32,000 nucleotides of DNA, from the NCBI RefSeq assembly GCF_000406145.1, contig NZ_CM001976.1, forward strand, positions 4,703,677 through 4,735,676. Direction: 5' to 3'. Positions 17,468 to 26,351 of this stretch are shown piece after piece. The translations under genes and the position numbers were made by a program. This DNA is from Dickeya dadantii NCPPB 898. GTDB taxonomy: Bacteria; Pseudomonadota; Gammaproteobacteria; Enterobacterales; Enterobacteriaceae. The notes under the pieces were generated by a model. It had not been told where the DNA came from. It searched no databases and worked only from the letters and a program-made list of their open reading frames with translations. Each line of letters opens with the position of its first letter. Positions within the stretch are counted from its first letter, which is position 1.

Positions 17468-19128
17468 GCCTGCCGCTAAGCTTGCAAAGCAGCACGACAA
17501 CACCGGTGCTGGAACTGGAAGACGTCGCCATCGCCTACCGCGACGACGACGGCGAACGCACGGTGGTGGAAGGCGTGTCCTTCGCCATCCAACCCGGCGA
17601 AGTGGTGGCGCTGGTGGGCGAATCCGGTTCCGGCAAAACCACTACCGCACAGGCGGTGATCGGCCTGCTGGCGGACAACGGCCGCCTGACGCGCGGGGCG
17701 ATCCGCCTTAACGGTGCCGATATCAGCCGCTGGTCGCAACCGCGGCTGGATAGTATTCGCGGTCGCGTGGTGAGCCTGGTGCCGCAGGATCCCGGCAGTT
17801 CGCTCAACCCGGTGAAAACCATCGGCGAGCAGGTGGATGAAATTCTGCGGCTGCACCAGAAAAGCGACCGCCACAGCCTGCGCCGGCAAACGCTGGCGCT
17901 GCTGACGCGCGTCGGGCTGACCGAGCCGGAGCTGCGCGCCGGCCAGTACCCGCACGAGCTCTCCGGCGGCATGAAACAGCGGGTGTTGATCGCCATCGCC
18001 ATCGCACTGAAACCGGCGCTGATCATCGCCGATGAACCGACCAGCGCGCTGGACGTCACGGTGCAAAAACGCATTCTCGACCTGCTGGACGAACTGCGCC
18101 GGGAAAACGGCACCGCCATTCTGTTCGTCACCCACGATCTGGCGGTCGCCGCCGAGCGCGCCGACCGCCTGCTGGTATTCCAGAAAGGCTATATTCAGAA
18201 GCAGGGGCCGACCCAACAGGTGCTGAGCGCGCCGCAAAGCCAGTACGCCCGCACCCTGCTGGCGAACATCCCGTCGCTGGCCCCGGCCCGCCGTCCGTCA
18301 CGCGCCGCCGCTCAACCTGCCGCGTCCGGTCAACCCATTCCCTGTGAACTAATTGTGCAGGTGGAACAGCTGGTGCAGGAATTCCCGCCGGCGGGCAACC
18401 GCAAACAGCCGTTCCGGGCGGTGGATGCGGTGTCGTTCAGCGTGGCGCCCGGCACCACCCACGCCATTGTCGGCGAGTCCGGTTCCGGCAAGACCACCAC
18501 CGCGCGCATGATTCTTGGTTTCCAGCGCCCGACCGCCGGCCGCATCCTGATCGACGGCACCGACATTACCCGGCTGCGCGGCGAAGCGCTGCGCCAGTTC
18601 CGCCAGACCATCCAGCTGGTTTATCAAAATCCGTTCAGCTCGCTCGACCCGTCGCAGCGGTTGTTCGACATCGTGGAAGAGCCGCTGCGCAATTTTAACC
18701 GCTACGCCCGGGCAGAGCGGGCCAACCGGGTACACGAGATATTCGAGCGGGTGGCGCTGCCCGCGTCGCTGCTGCAACGCCGACCGGCGGAACTGTCCGG
18801 CGGCCAACGCCAGCGGGTTGCCATCGCCCGCGCGCTGGTGCTGGCGCCGAAAGTGCTGGTGCTGGACGAAGCCGTCTCGGCGCTGGATGTCACGGTACAA
18901 GCCCAGATCCTGCGTTTGCTGGAGGAACTGCAAGCGTCGCTGGGGCTGACCTATCTGTTTATTTCCCACGATCTCGCCGTGGTGCGGCAGATAGCCGATA
19001 CCGTTTCCGTGCTGTATCACGGCAAACAGGTGGAATCCGGGCCGGTCGAGCAAATTTTCGCCCAGCCGGCCGAGCGCTATACCCGGGAACTGATCGACGC
19101 GATTCCCGGCCAGCGCCACGTCTCTTAA
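17464..19128 (+). CDS. ABC transporter ATP-binding protein with duplicated ATPase domains (DppD/DppF fusion type)
   Basis: It has two Walker A motifs (GESGSGKTT twice), two signature motifs (LSGGMKQR and LSGGQRQR) and two Walker B motifs (LIIADEPTSALD and VLVLDEAVSALD). The ATG at 17464 overlaps the permease stop (ATGA). The ORF-track start at 17200 is an in-frame read-through of the permease gene. Confidence 0.9.
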   Translation: MSLPLSLQSSTTTPVLELEDVAIAYRDDDGERTVVEGVSFAIQPGEVVALVGESGSGKTTTAQAVIGLLADNGRLTRGAIRLNGADISRWSQPRLDSIRGRVVSLVPQDPGSSLNPVKTIGEQVDEILRLHQKSDRHSLRRQTLALLTRVGLTEPELRAGQYPHELSGGMKQRVLIAIAIALKPALIIADEPTSALDVTVQKRILDLLDELRRENGTAILFVTHDLAVAAERADRLLVFQKGYIQKQGPTQQVLSAPQSQYARTLLANIPSLAPARRPSRAAAQPAASGQPIPCELIVQVEQLVQEFPPAGNRKQPFRAVDAVSFSVAPGTTHAIVGESGSGKTTTARMILGFQRPTAGRILIDGTDITRLRGEALRQFRQTIQLVYQNPFSSLDPSQRLFDIVEEPLRNFNRYARAERANRVHEIFERVALPASLLQRRPAELSGGQRQRVAIARALVLAPKVLVLDEAVSALDVTVQAQILRLLEELQASLGLTYLFISHDLAVVRQIADTVSVLYHGKQVESGPVEQIFAQPAERYTRELIDAIPGQRHVS

Positions 19129-19156
19129 GAGACACAGCCTAACCAGCGCGTCTTCA

Positions 19157-19574
19157 AGCTGGCGACAAATCTAAATAAGTGCGGGTTGGTGTGTTTTCTG
19201 GCGTCAAAAACTGCGCTGAGGTAGGCGACACCGCCGGGTGAGCCGCAGGACGCGGCGAAAGCCCATGCCGCGTCGGACAAAAACGTCGGGAACGTTTTTG
19301 AACAGCGTTTACGCTGGCCCGAAGGGCGAGCCCCAGGAATGGGGCGAGTAACCGCGTCATAGGCGGCCCGAACAGCGGTGACGAATACCGAAGGCACCGC
19401 GTAGCGGCGCAGTTTAGCCACCAGCCCGAGGTCAAGGAGAGGTGGCGCTTGAACCTCTCCTTGTCGTGCGTGCGATGACGTGACAGAGAAGGTGAGGCGG
19501 TTTATCCAGCACGAAACCACTCTCTGTTCTGACATGGCTCGCTAAAACAACGCGGTTTTTTGCCAACATCCTCA
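19157..19574 (+). repeat. copy B of the ~420-bp non-coding, hairpin-rich repeat element
   Basis: It is homologous to 12946-13368 and in the same orientation. Equivalent hairpins are at 19242-19256, 19330-19345, 19397-19407 and 19433-19463. It is bounded by CTTCA (19152-19156) and CCTCA (19570-19574). It fills most of the 476-bp gap between the ABC ATPase gene and the LLM gene. Confidence 0.85.
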
Positions 19575-19604
19575 AAGGACAACGCCTAAACCAAGGATTT
19601 AATC

Positions 19605-20645
19605 ATGACTCAAAAACGTCTGGGGTTTTTCACCCGACTGCTGGATGACGTGCCCGCCGGGCAGCGTTACCGGCTGGCCGCCGAGCAAATCATCAAAGCC
19701 GAGCAGTTGGGCTTCGACAGCGCCTGGGTGGCGCAGCATCACTTTCACGCCGACGAAGGCGGCCTGCCGTCGCCGCTGGTGTTTCTGGCGCAGGTCGCGG
19801 CGCAGACCCGCCGCATCCGGCTTGGCACCGGGGTGATCACCCTGCCGATGGAACAACCGTTGCGGGTGGCGGAAGACACCGCCGTGCTTGACCTGCTCAG
19901 CAACGGCCGGCTGGAAGTCGGCATCGGTTCCGGCGGTACGCCGTCGTCGTTTACCGCCTTCGGCCACAACAGCGAACAGCGCGGCGAGATTCTGGGCCGC
20001 TATCTGGCGCAGGTGCGCGCCGCCTGGGCGGGCGAACCGCTGAGCGCCGACGGCAACCGGCTTTACCCGGCCGCACCGCACCTCAACCGCCGCGTGTGGC
20101 AGGCCACTTTTTCGGTGGAAGGCGCCATCCGCGCCGGTCAGGCGGGCGACGGGCTGATGCTGTCCCGCACCCAGCCGCGCCCGGACGGCTTCCCTGACGC
20201 CACGCTGGCCGACCTGCAAAATCCGATGATCGACGCCTATCTGGACGCGCTGCCGCCCGGCGTCGCGCCGCGCATCATGGGCTCGCGCAGCGTGTTTGTG
20301 GCCGACGATCGGGCGCTGGCGCTGCAACTGGCGCAAACCGGGCTGCAACGCTCCGCCGCCCGGCTGGCCCAGTTGGGCCGCCCGGCCCGCAACGGCTCGG
20401 TGGAAGAGCTGATCGCCTCGTTTGACAGCCATGTCGGCACGCCGGAAGACGTCATCGCCTCGCTGCAGGCCGACGGCTCACTGGCGCGCACCACCGACCT
20501 GGCGTTTCAGGTGCACTCCATCGACCCGCCGCACGCCCATATTCTGCGCTCGCTGGAACTGATCGCCGCCCGGGTAGCGCCCGCGCTGGGCTGGTCGCCC
20601 GCTACAGATAAACACACCAGCCCGGCCGGGCAGGAGGTCGCATGA
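19605..20645 (+). CDS. luciferase-like (LLM-class) flavin-dependent monooxygenase
   Basis: The 346-aa ORF MTQKRLGFFTRLL...GFDSAWVAQHHF...LGTGVITLPMEQPLRVAEDTAVLDLLSNGRLEVGIGSG is typical of the bacterial luciferase-like family. An aaggattta sequence precedes the ATG. Confidence 0.88.
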   Translation: MTQKRLGFFTRLLDDVPAGQRYRLAAEQIIKAEQLGFDSAWVAQHHFHADEGGLPSPLVFLAQVAAQTRRIRLGTGVITLPMEQPLRVAEDTAVLDLLSNGRLEVGIGSGGTPSSFTAFGHNSEQRGEILGRYLAQVRAAWAGEPLSADGNRLYPAAPHLNRRVWQATFSVEGAIRAGQAGDGLMLSRTQPRPDGFPDATLADLQNPMIDAYLDALPPGVAPRIMGSRSVFVADDRALALQLAQTGLQRSAARLAQLGRPARNGSVEELIASFDSHVGTPEDVIASLQADGSLARTTDLAFQVHSIDPPHAHILRSLELIAARVAPALGWSPATDKHTSPAGQEVA

Positions 20646-21760
20646 CACAGTCAACATCCGACATGTTGGATACACTGGCGGAAATCGCCCCGGATTCACC
20701 GCTGGCGCAAGCCAGAGCCACCCGCGATGCCGCCACCCGTCACGCGCAGGGCAGTTATGAAGCGCTGTTCAGCCACACTGAGGACGGTAACCTGCCGTTG
20801 GCGCTGCGCTTTTTCATCGCCGAAAAGGTCAGCGGCTGGCATCAGAACACGCGGTTACAGCACTTTTACGCCCAACGGCTGGCGGACTTTCCGGCCCCGA
20901 CGCCCAATGCGGCGCTGGACCGGGCGCTGGAACATGCCGAACGCCTGACCCACCAGCCGGTGGCGGCGCAACCGGAGCAACTGCAGGCGCTGCAACAGGC
21001 CGGTTGGTCGGGGGATGATATCGTCACCCTGTCGCAGTTAGTGGCGTTTGTCAGTTTTCAAAGCCGGTTGCTGCACGGTTACCGGTTGCTGGTCGGTCAC
21101 GCTGAAGACCCGGCGCTCTCCGTGCCCGCCGCCGTCGCCGGTCGCTGGCACACCCAGCCGCAGACCCACAGCGGCAAAACCGCCCCGGATGCATTTACAC
21201 AGGCCGAACTGGGCTGGGAACCGTGGATCCCCGCCAAACCGCTGGCGGCATTCACCGCCGACGAGCAGGCGATTCTGGCGCGTTTCGGCCATACCGATTC
21301 CGACTATTTCCGCCTGCTGGGCCGTAATCTGCCGGTGCTGGAACAACGCACCCTCACCGACAAGGGGATTTTCTATACGTCCGGCGGCCTGCCGCGCAAA
21401 GACCGGGAGCTGGCTGCCGCGGTGGTCAGCAAGGTCAACGGCTGTATTTATTGCGCCTCGGTGCATGCCCGCAAAGCCAGCCAGTTGTCGAAACAGGACG
21501 GTGCGGTACAGCGCCTGCTCGACGTGCCGCCGGGCGGCGATCTCGCTGCCGGGCAGGACGCGCGCTGGCAGACGATCATCACCTTCGCCGCCCGGCTGTC
21601 CACCACGCCGTCACAGACCAACGCGCAGGATCTGGCGCGGCTGCGCGAGCAGGGGTTGGACACGCTGGAGATTCTCGACCTGATTCAGTCCACCGCGTTC
21701 TTCGCCTGGGCTAACCGGCTGATGCTGACGCTGGGCGAACCGTTCTGGCCGCTGCGGTAA
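20642..21760 (+). CDS. fused CMD/AhpD-like (carboxymuconolactone decarboxylase family, alkylhydroperoxidase-domain) protein
   Basis: The 372-aa ORF has its ATG overlapping the LLM stop (ATGA). The C-terminal half carries the AhpD-type CxxC-containing motif NGCIYCASVHARKA, and the N-terminal half has a second CMD-like repeat. Confidence 0.8.
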   Translation: MTQSTSDMLDTLAEIAPDSPLAQARATRDAATRHAQGSYEALFSHTEDGNLPLALRFFIAEKVSGWHQNTRLQHFYAQRLADFPAPTPNAALDRALEHAERLTHQPVAAQPEQLQALQQAGWSGDDIVTLSQLVAFVSFQSRLLHGYRLLVGHAEDPALSVPAAVAGRWHTQPQTHSGKTAPDAFTQAELGWEPWIPAKPLAAFTADEQAILARFGHTDSDYFRLLGRNLPVLEQRTLTDKGIFYTSGGLPRKDRELAAAVVSKVNGCIYCASVHARKASQLSKQDGAVQRLLDVPPGGDLAAGQDARWQTIITFAARLSTTPSQTNAQDLARLREQGLDTLEILDLIQSTAFFAWANRLMLTLGEPFWPLR

Positions 21761-21794
21761 ATGCTGTTGTTCTGCGGATGAAAGCGCAGACGAT

Positions 21795-21817
21795 CCGGTA
21801 ACCCGCAAGGTTACCGG
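21795..21817. terminator. hairpin between convergent CMD gene and glk
   Basis: ccggtaacc (21795-21803) pairs with ggttaccgg (21809-21817), a 9-bp perfect stem with a 5-nt loop. There is no clear U-tract. Confidence 0.5.
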
Positions 21818-21834
21818 ACGCTGACGAGAGTAGA

Positions 21835-22803
21835 TTACAGGGTCTGACCCAGCGCCTGACGCAGGTACGCGCCGGCGCCCAGCAGCCCCGGCTGCGGGTG
21901 GGTGATCATGAACACCGGAATATCGGCGAGGTAATCGCGGAAACGGCCTTTGTCTTCAAAAGCGCTGCGAAAACCGGAGTTGCGGAAGAATTCCAGAAAA
22001 CGCGGCACGATGCCGCCGGCGATGTAGACGCCGCCGAAGGTGCCGAGCGTCAGCGCCAGATTGCCGCCAAAGCGCCCCATCAGCACGCAAAACAACGACA
22101 GCGCGCGCAGACAGTCAACATCGCTGTGCGCCAGCGCCCGTTCAGACACCACCTGCGGGGTCAGCGCTTCCGGCACCCGGTCGTCCGCTTTGACTATCGC
22201 CCGGTAAATATTCACCAGCCCCGGCCCGGACAGCACGCGCTCGGCGGAGACGTGTCCCAGCTCCTGACGCAATACCTGTAGCAGGATGTCCTCTTCTTCG
22301 CTGTTGGGCGCAAAATCCACGTGACCGCCCTCACCCGGCAGGCTTAACCACGTGCCGTTCACCGGCAGCAGGTGCGCCACGCCGAGCCCGGTTCCGGCGC
22401 CGTACACCGCCACCGGCTTACCGGCGACCGCGTCGGCGCCGCCCAGTTGAATCACATCCTCCGGCGTCAGCACCGGAATCGCCATGCTGACGGCGGTAAA
22501 ATCGTTGATCACGTCCAGACGCTCAAACCCCAGGTTCTGCCGCATGGCGTCAATGGAGAACGCCCAGTGATGATTGGTCATCTCCACCCAGTCGTCGGTC
22601 ACCGGGCAGGCAATGGCAATACAGGCTTCCTTGATGGTGAGATCCGCGTGTTCCGCCAGAAACAGACGAATCGCCGCTTCCAGGCTGTCATGCTGCTGAA
22701 CCGCGTACTGTTTACTGTGTGACAGATGCCCATTCGCCAGTTCGCAAAGGGCAAGACGTGCGTTGGTGCCACCGACATCACCTACCAGCGCATACTGATG
22801 CAT
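21835..22803 (-). CDS. glk: glucokinase
   Basis: The 322-aa [24 protein letters not shown]...[12 protein letters not shown]...[15 protein letters not shown]...[11 protein letters not shown] is colinear with E. coli Glk. Confidence 0.95.
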   Translation of the reverse strand: MHQYALVGDVGGTNARLALCELANGHLSHSKQYAVQQHDSLEAAIRLFLAEHADLTIKEACIAIACPVTDDWVEMTNHHWAFSIDAMRQNLGFERLDVINDFTAVSMAIPVLTPEDVIQLGGADAVAGKPVAVYGAGTGLGVAHLLPVNGTWLSLPGEGGHVDFAPNSEEEDILLQVLRQELGHVSAERVLSGPGLVNIYRAIVKADDRVPEALTPQVVSERALAHSDVDCLRALSLFCVLMGRFGGNLALTLGTFGGVYIAGGIVPRFLEFFRNSGFRSAFEDKGRFRDYLADIPVFMITHPQPGLLGAGAYLRQALGQTL

Positions 22804-22943
22804 AAATTACGATCTCCCATTGAAATATCATCATGCGTACTTGAGCGCCCGGAAAAAACCGCGCGCCGATGACGGCGAGTACGCCCGAATCTCACTCACA
22901 TTCACCGGCAGTCCATGCCATCAGGGAGACGTGACGCAATAAA

Positions 22944-23234
22944 TCAGGCCGTCTCCCCCCGTTTCAGCCGCAGCATAAAGTCCCGAAATGCGGGAGCCAA
23001 TTCCTGGAACAAAGCCTCTTTGCGATGAGTCATCATGACCTCGCTAAACAGCTTCAATCCGGTGCAGAACGCGGCGACTTCCGAGTCCGGCAAAATCCCC
23101 TTTGACCGAACTTTCTCAATGATTTCCAGAATATCGTCATGATTGATGACGTCAAACGTCAGTGCGCGATTTTGCGGCGTTTCGTCGCGATTATCGGTGA
23201 GATTTTCCAGCGTGATACGATAGTGATAAGGCAT
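22944..23234 (-). CDS. small conserved hypothetical protein (DUF3861-like; assignment from memory)
   Basis: I prefer the ATG at 23234 (MPYHYRITLENLTD...), which has AAGGA 7 nt upstream. The longer ORF-track version (to 23321) would run through the operator/promoter region of the divergent MarR gene. Confidence 0.55.
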   Translation of the reverse strand: MPYHYRITLENLTDNRDETPQNRALTFDVINHDDILEIIEKVRSKGILPDSEVAAFCTGLKLFSEVMMTHRKEALFQELAPAFRDFMLRLKRGETA

Positions 23235-23303
23235 AGTTTTATCCTTGCGGTTGAGTGGTGCGATTGAATGGCACGATGAGTGGCGACCGGGCGTCGCCAC
23301 ATG

Positions 23304-23348
23304 GTTGATATTGTCAACCATATAATCCGAATAGTTGATAAGGTCAAC
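23304..23348. promoter_or_regulatory. twin palindromic operator sites flanking a TATAAT box in the DUF3861/MarR divergent intergenic region
   Basis: The sites are gttga-tattg-tcaac (23304-23318) and gttga-taagg-tcaac (23334-23348). A perfect TATAAT sits between them at 23321-23326. Confidence 0.5.
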
Positions 23349-23354
23349 AAATTA

Positions 23355-23795
23355 ATGCGTGACACCCTTGATACCCAGACCTTCGAGTTACTGGGAGAAC
23401 TGATCCACGGTTTTAAACAGCGTCTGCAGGAGAGCGACGCGCTGACGCAGACGGGCCTCGCCCCGTTTCAGGCGCGCACGCTGGCGCTGATCGCCCGTCA
23501 TCCCGGCCAAAGCCAGCATTTTCTGGCGCAGTACATGGGGCGAGACAAGGCGCAGATTGCCCGTCTGCTGAAAGATCTGGAAACGCTGGGGCTGATCACC
23601 CGCCAGCCTTCGCCGGCCGACCGGCGGGCGCAGGTGGTATCGCTAACGGCAAAAGGCGAAGAGACGCATCGCCGTTTCGCCGATGCGCGCACCGACCTGT
23701 TGCAGCGCGCTTTTGCCGACGTCACGCCGGAAGAGCGCCGCCAGTTTGTGCAGGTATTGCAGAAAATGAAGGCCAACCTGACGACGCCGGAATAA
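23355..23795 (+). CDS. MarR-family transcriptional regulator
   Basis: The product MRDTLDTQTFELLGELIHGF...LAPFQARTLALIARHPGQSQHFLAQYMGRDKAQIARLLKDLETLGLITRQPSPADRRAQVVSLTAKGEE has a winged-HTH MarR pattern. I chose the ATG at 23355 because earlier in-frame starts lie inside the operator region. Confidence 0.85.
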   Translation: MRDTLDTQTFELLGELIHGFKQRLQESDALTQTGLAPFQARTLALIARHPGQSQHFLAQYMGRDKAQIARLLKDLETLGLITRQPSPADRRAQVVSLTAKGEETHRRFADARTDLLQRAFADVTPEERRQFVQVLQKMKANLTTPE

Positions 23796-23813
23796 CGCCG
23801 GCATCAGGTCAGC

Positions 23814-24296
23814 TCAGGACATCGTCCCGGTGTTGTAGACGTTTTTGTTGTAAACATCATTGCTGTAGATGTCCTTGCGAACAAACGTCCAGGCATAATC
23901 CTGACGATTGACCGGCTCGTATCCTACTTTCTGATACAGCCACGGCGCGGTAGAGGTGAGCAGCAGCTGACGACGCAGGCGCTGTAAGCGTGGGTGGTTT
24001 ACCGTGCATTCCACCAGAAAACGGCCCAGCCCGGCGCCCTGATGCGCGGGCAGCACAAACACATCACACAGATAGCCGAAGGTGGCGAAATCGGTCACCA
24101 TGCGGGCAAAACCAATCTGACGCGCCTGATGATACAGCCCGAAACACAGACTGTTGGCGACGGACAGCGCGACCGTTTCCCGGTCGATACCCTCCGCCCA
24201 ACTGGAGGTGGTGAGGTAGCCATGAATGATGTCCAGTTCGAGCCGCTGCGGATCCGTCGATACCTGGTAGTCTTTTTTCTCCCATTGTGCTGACAC
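23814..24296 (-). CDS. GNAT-family N-acetyltransferase
   Basis: The 160-aa ORF has the acetyl-CoA binding motif VLPAHQGAGLGRFLVE and the overall GNAT pattern. Confidence 0.8.
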   Translation of the reverse strand: MSAQWEKKDYQVSTDPQRLELDIIHGYLTTSSWAEGIDRETVALSVANSLCFGLYHQARQIGFARMVTDFATFGYLCDVFVLPAHQGAGLGRFLVECTVNHPRLQRLRRQLLLTSTAPWLYQKVGYEPVNRQDYAWTFVRKDIYSNDVYNKNVYNTGTMS

Positions 24297-24812
24297 AGTA
24301 TTACTCCTTTTGATCGTGATGAGGGTTCATCATCCCACCAGACAGCCCACCTGAACAACGCCGATGACAACGATAAACCCCCGGCACCACCAGCAGCACC
24401 GCCTGTAAGCAGGCGACGGCGTAATCCCGAATGCCGTCGGCATCCGACATTTGCTCTTCTCTGCCCGGCGAATCCAAAAAATCGCCGGAGACGAAATCCA
24501 AACCTTAAACACATTACCACCGCATGGCATGTCAGTTGGTTCTGGTCGGCAAGCCTCGCAAATAAAACGCTTACCCACCTGAAGCGTGGTACCTTCCCTG
24601 ATATTGGCGCAATGAATATTGCGAATAGCCGGCCTTTATCGTTCCTCAACGGTTCTCAGCATTGCCAGCTTCGTTTTTCTGCAAGCGTGAAGAATATCGA
24701 CCAGAGAATAACCGATGGCAAGGCGAGTTAGCCGCTTGTTTATAATGCTCATCGTTAATCTGTTTTTTCATTATGTATACGAAATGTACCCGTTGACGAA
24801 AACAGGTAAAAC

Positions 24813-25709
24813 TTAGACCTGACACAACGACTGAATTAACGTCCACACTGCGGTTGCCGCGGTGGAGAGCGAACGGTTACGACGGCGTACCAATTGCAAT
24901 CGTCGGTTCTCTATTGGCCATAACTGACGTACGGCCAGACCAGAGCATTCAAGGGAAGATAACGCCAGCTGCGGGATGACCGACACCCCGATACCCGACT
25001 GTAAAATGCGAAATATTGTGGTTACATGCCCAAGTTCCTGAATGACATGTGGAGTAACACCATGACGAATCAATGCATTATCGATTAAGGGGCGACTGCC
25101 TGAGGCATAGTCAAGTAACACCAGCTCTTGATTCTGCAGGTCACGCCACGTCACCTTTTTCAGACGTGCAATCTGGTGGTGCTCAGGCAATACCAGACAA
25201 AATGGTTCCTCCATGAACGTTTCCGTGTACAGGTCAGACGGTACGGAAGGTTCGATAATCACACCAAAATCAACCTCACCATTCAATACCATCTGCATAG
25301 CCTGCTGTTGTACCTGATCATGGATTATCAGATTGATCTGTGGGTAATTTTCAACAATCTGCGCAATGCAATCCGGCATGATTCCCGCCGAAATCGTCGG
25401 ACTGGTCGCTACGTGAACCAACCCACGTCGTCGCTCCGCCCGGCTTTGAGCAGTACAGAGTGTCGTTTCCAGTTCACCCAGCACACGACGGAGTGCTTCT
25501 GACAACTCAGCCCCCTCTTGCGTTAACAACACCTCCCGGGTCGTGCGCTCAAATAACCGGATCCCCAACTCGCTTTCCAGATCACCGATACTGTGACTCA
25601 TAGCAGACTGAGTCAGGGAAATCATGTTGCCAGCACGGCTAAAGCCATGATGCTCTGCAACGGCTAAAAAAATGCGTAACTGTCTTAACGATATATTTGA
25701 AATATTCAT
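24813..25709 (-). CDS. LysR-family transcriptional regulator
   Basis: The 298-aa ORF has an N-terminal HTH (LRQLRIFLAVAEHHGFSRAGNMISLTQSAMSHSIGDLE) and a LysR substrate-binding domain. It is divergent from the oxalate gene cluster. Confidence 0.9.
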   Translation of the reverse strand: MNISNISLRQLRIFLAVAEHHGFSRAGNMISLTQSAMSHSIGDLESELGIRLFERTTREVLLTQEGAELSEALRRVLGELETTLCTAQSRAERRRGLVHVATSPTISAGIMPDCIAQIVENYPQINLIIHDQVQQQAMQMVLNGEVDFGVIIEPSVPSDLYTETFMEEPFCLVLPEHHQIARLKKVTWRDLQNQELVLLDYASGSRPLIDNALIRHGVTPHVIQELGHVTTIFRILQSGIGVSVIPQLALSSLECSGLAVRQLWPIENRRLQLVRRRNRSLSTAATAVWTLIQSLCQV

Positions 25710-26351
25710 GATTTTAAGTCATCGATAGATTAAAAAAAAACAATTTCCACAGTCAGCAGCTTGTGGTTATTAATAAATACCAGAAAAAGAACGAAGAGCA
25801 ATTTTATTATGACGACAACAAATCAGTTATCAAAATGACCAGAAAAACCTCCATAATTTATTAAAGAGGAAGCAGTCAATACAAATAAAAGGTGAATGGT
25901 TATTAATTAGTAACGACAATGTTTCACATTGCTTTATCGTCGATAACATTGAATTACGCAGGAGGTCTATTTCTGATGAGTTGTATAAGTATGTTCTTAA
26001 TCATTCTCGATTTTAAAATCGTAACCATCTGTATCCAGAAAAATACAGTGATTTAAAAATCCATCAGACTTCGCCTTTAGCGAAGAGAAATAATTAAAAC
26101 CGAATCAATTAGTCGGGTGAAAAATAACTCATCCGACACACATGTAACCATCGCGTAAAGCCATATTGTTGGAATAAGTAAAGAAATGGAGGCAAGTAAG
26201 ACAATCAATACACCTGCAAATAAAAGAAATCATAAATAGATAAATCAAGTAAACATGTTGTGAATAAGTGGCTATTATTATGGCCACATTATTCCCTTCC
26301 TGTTTCGCTCCAACTCTTATTTTCAAATTCTCTAAATCAGGAGAGTGTATT

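Noticed and set aside
12946-19574. The two repeats as the template/variable repeat pair of a diversity-generating retroelement linked to the RT at 7284-8222
   Set aside because: The RT has retron hallmarks and its own adjacent ncRNA. The repeats are 5-11 kb away, lie outside any target gene, and their differences are not adenine-specific.
14051-20432. Multiple 190-280-aa minus-strand ORFs (14051-14686, 15134-15724, 16114-16617, 16538-17209, 17476-18237, 18349-19119, 19599-20432)
   Set aside because: All are antisense to well-supported ABC transporter and LLM genes. Their products are Arg/Gly/Gln/His-rich low-complexity sequences, as expected from GC3-rich sense genes.
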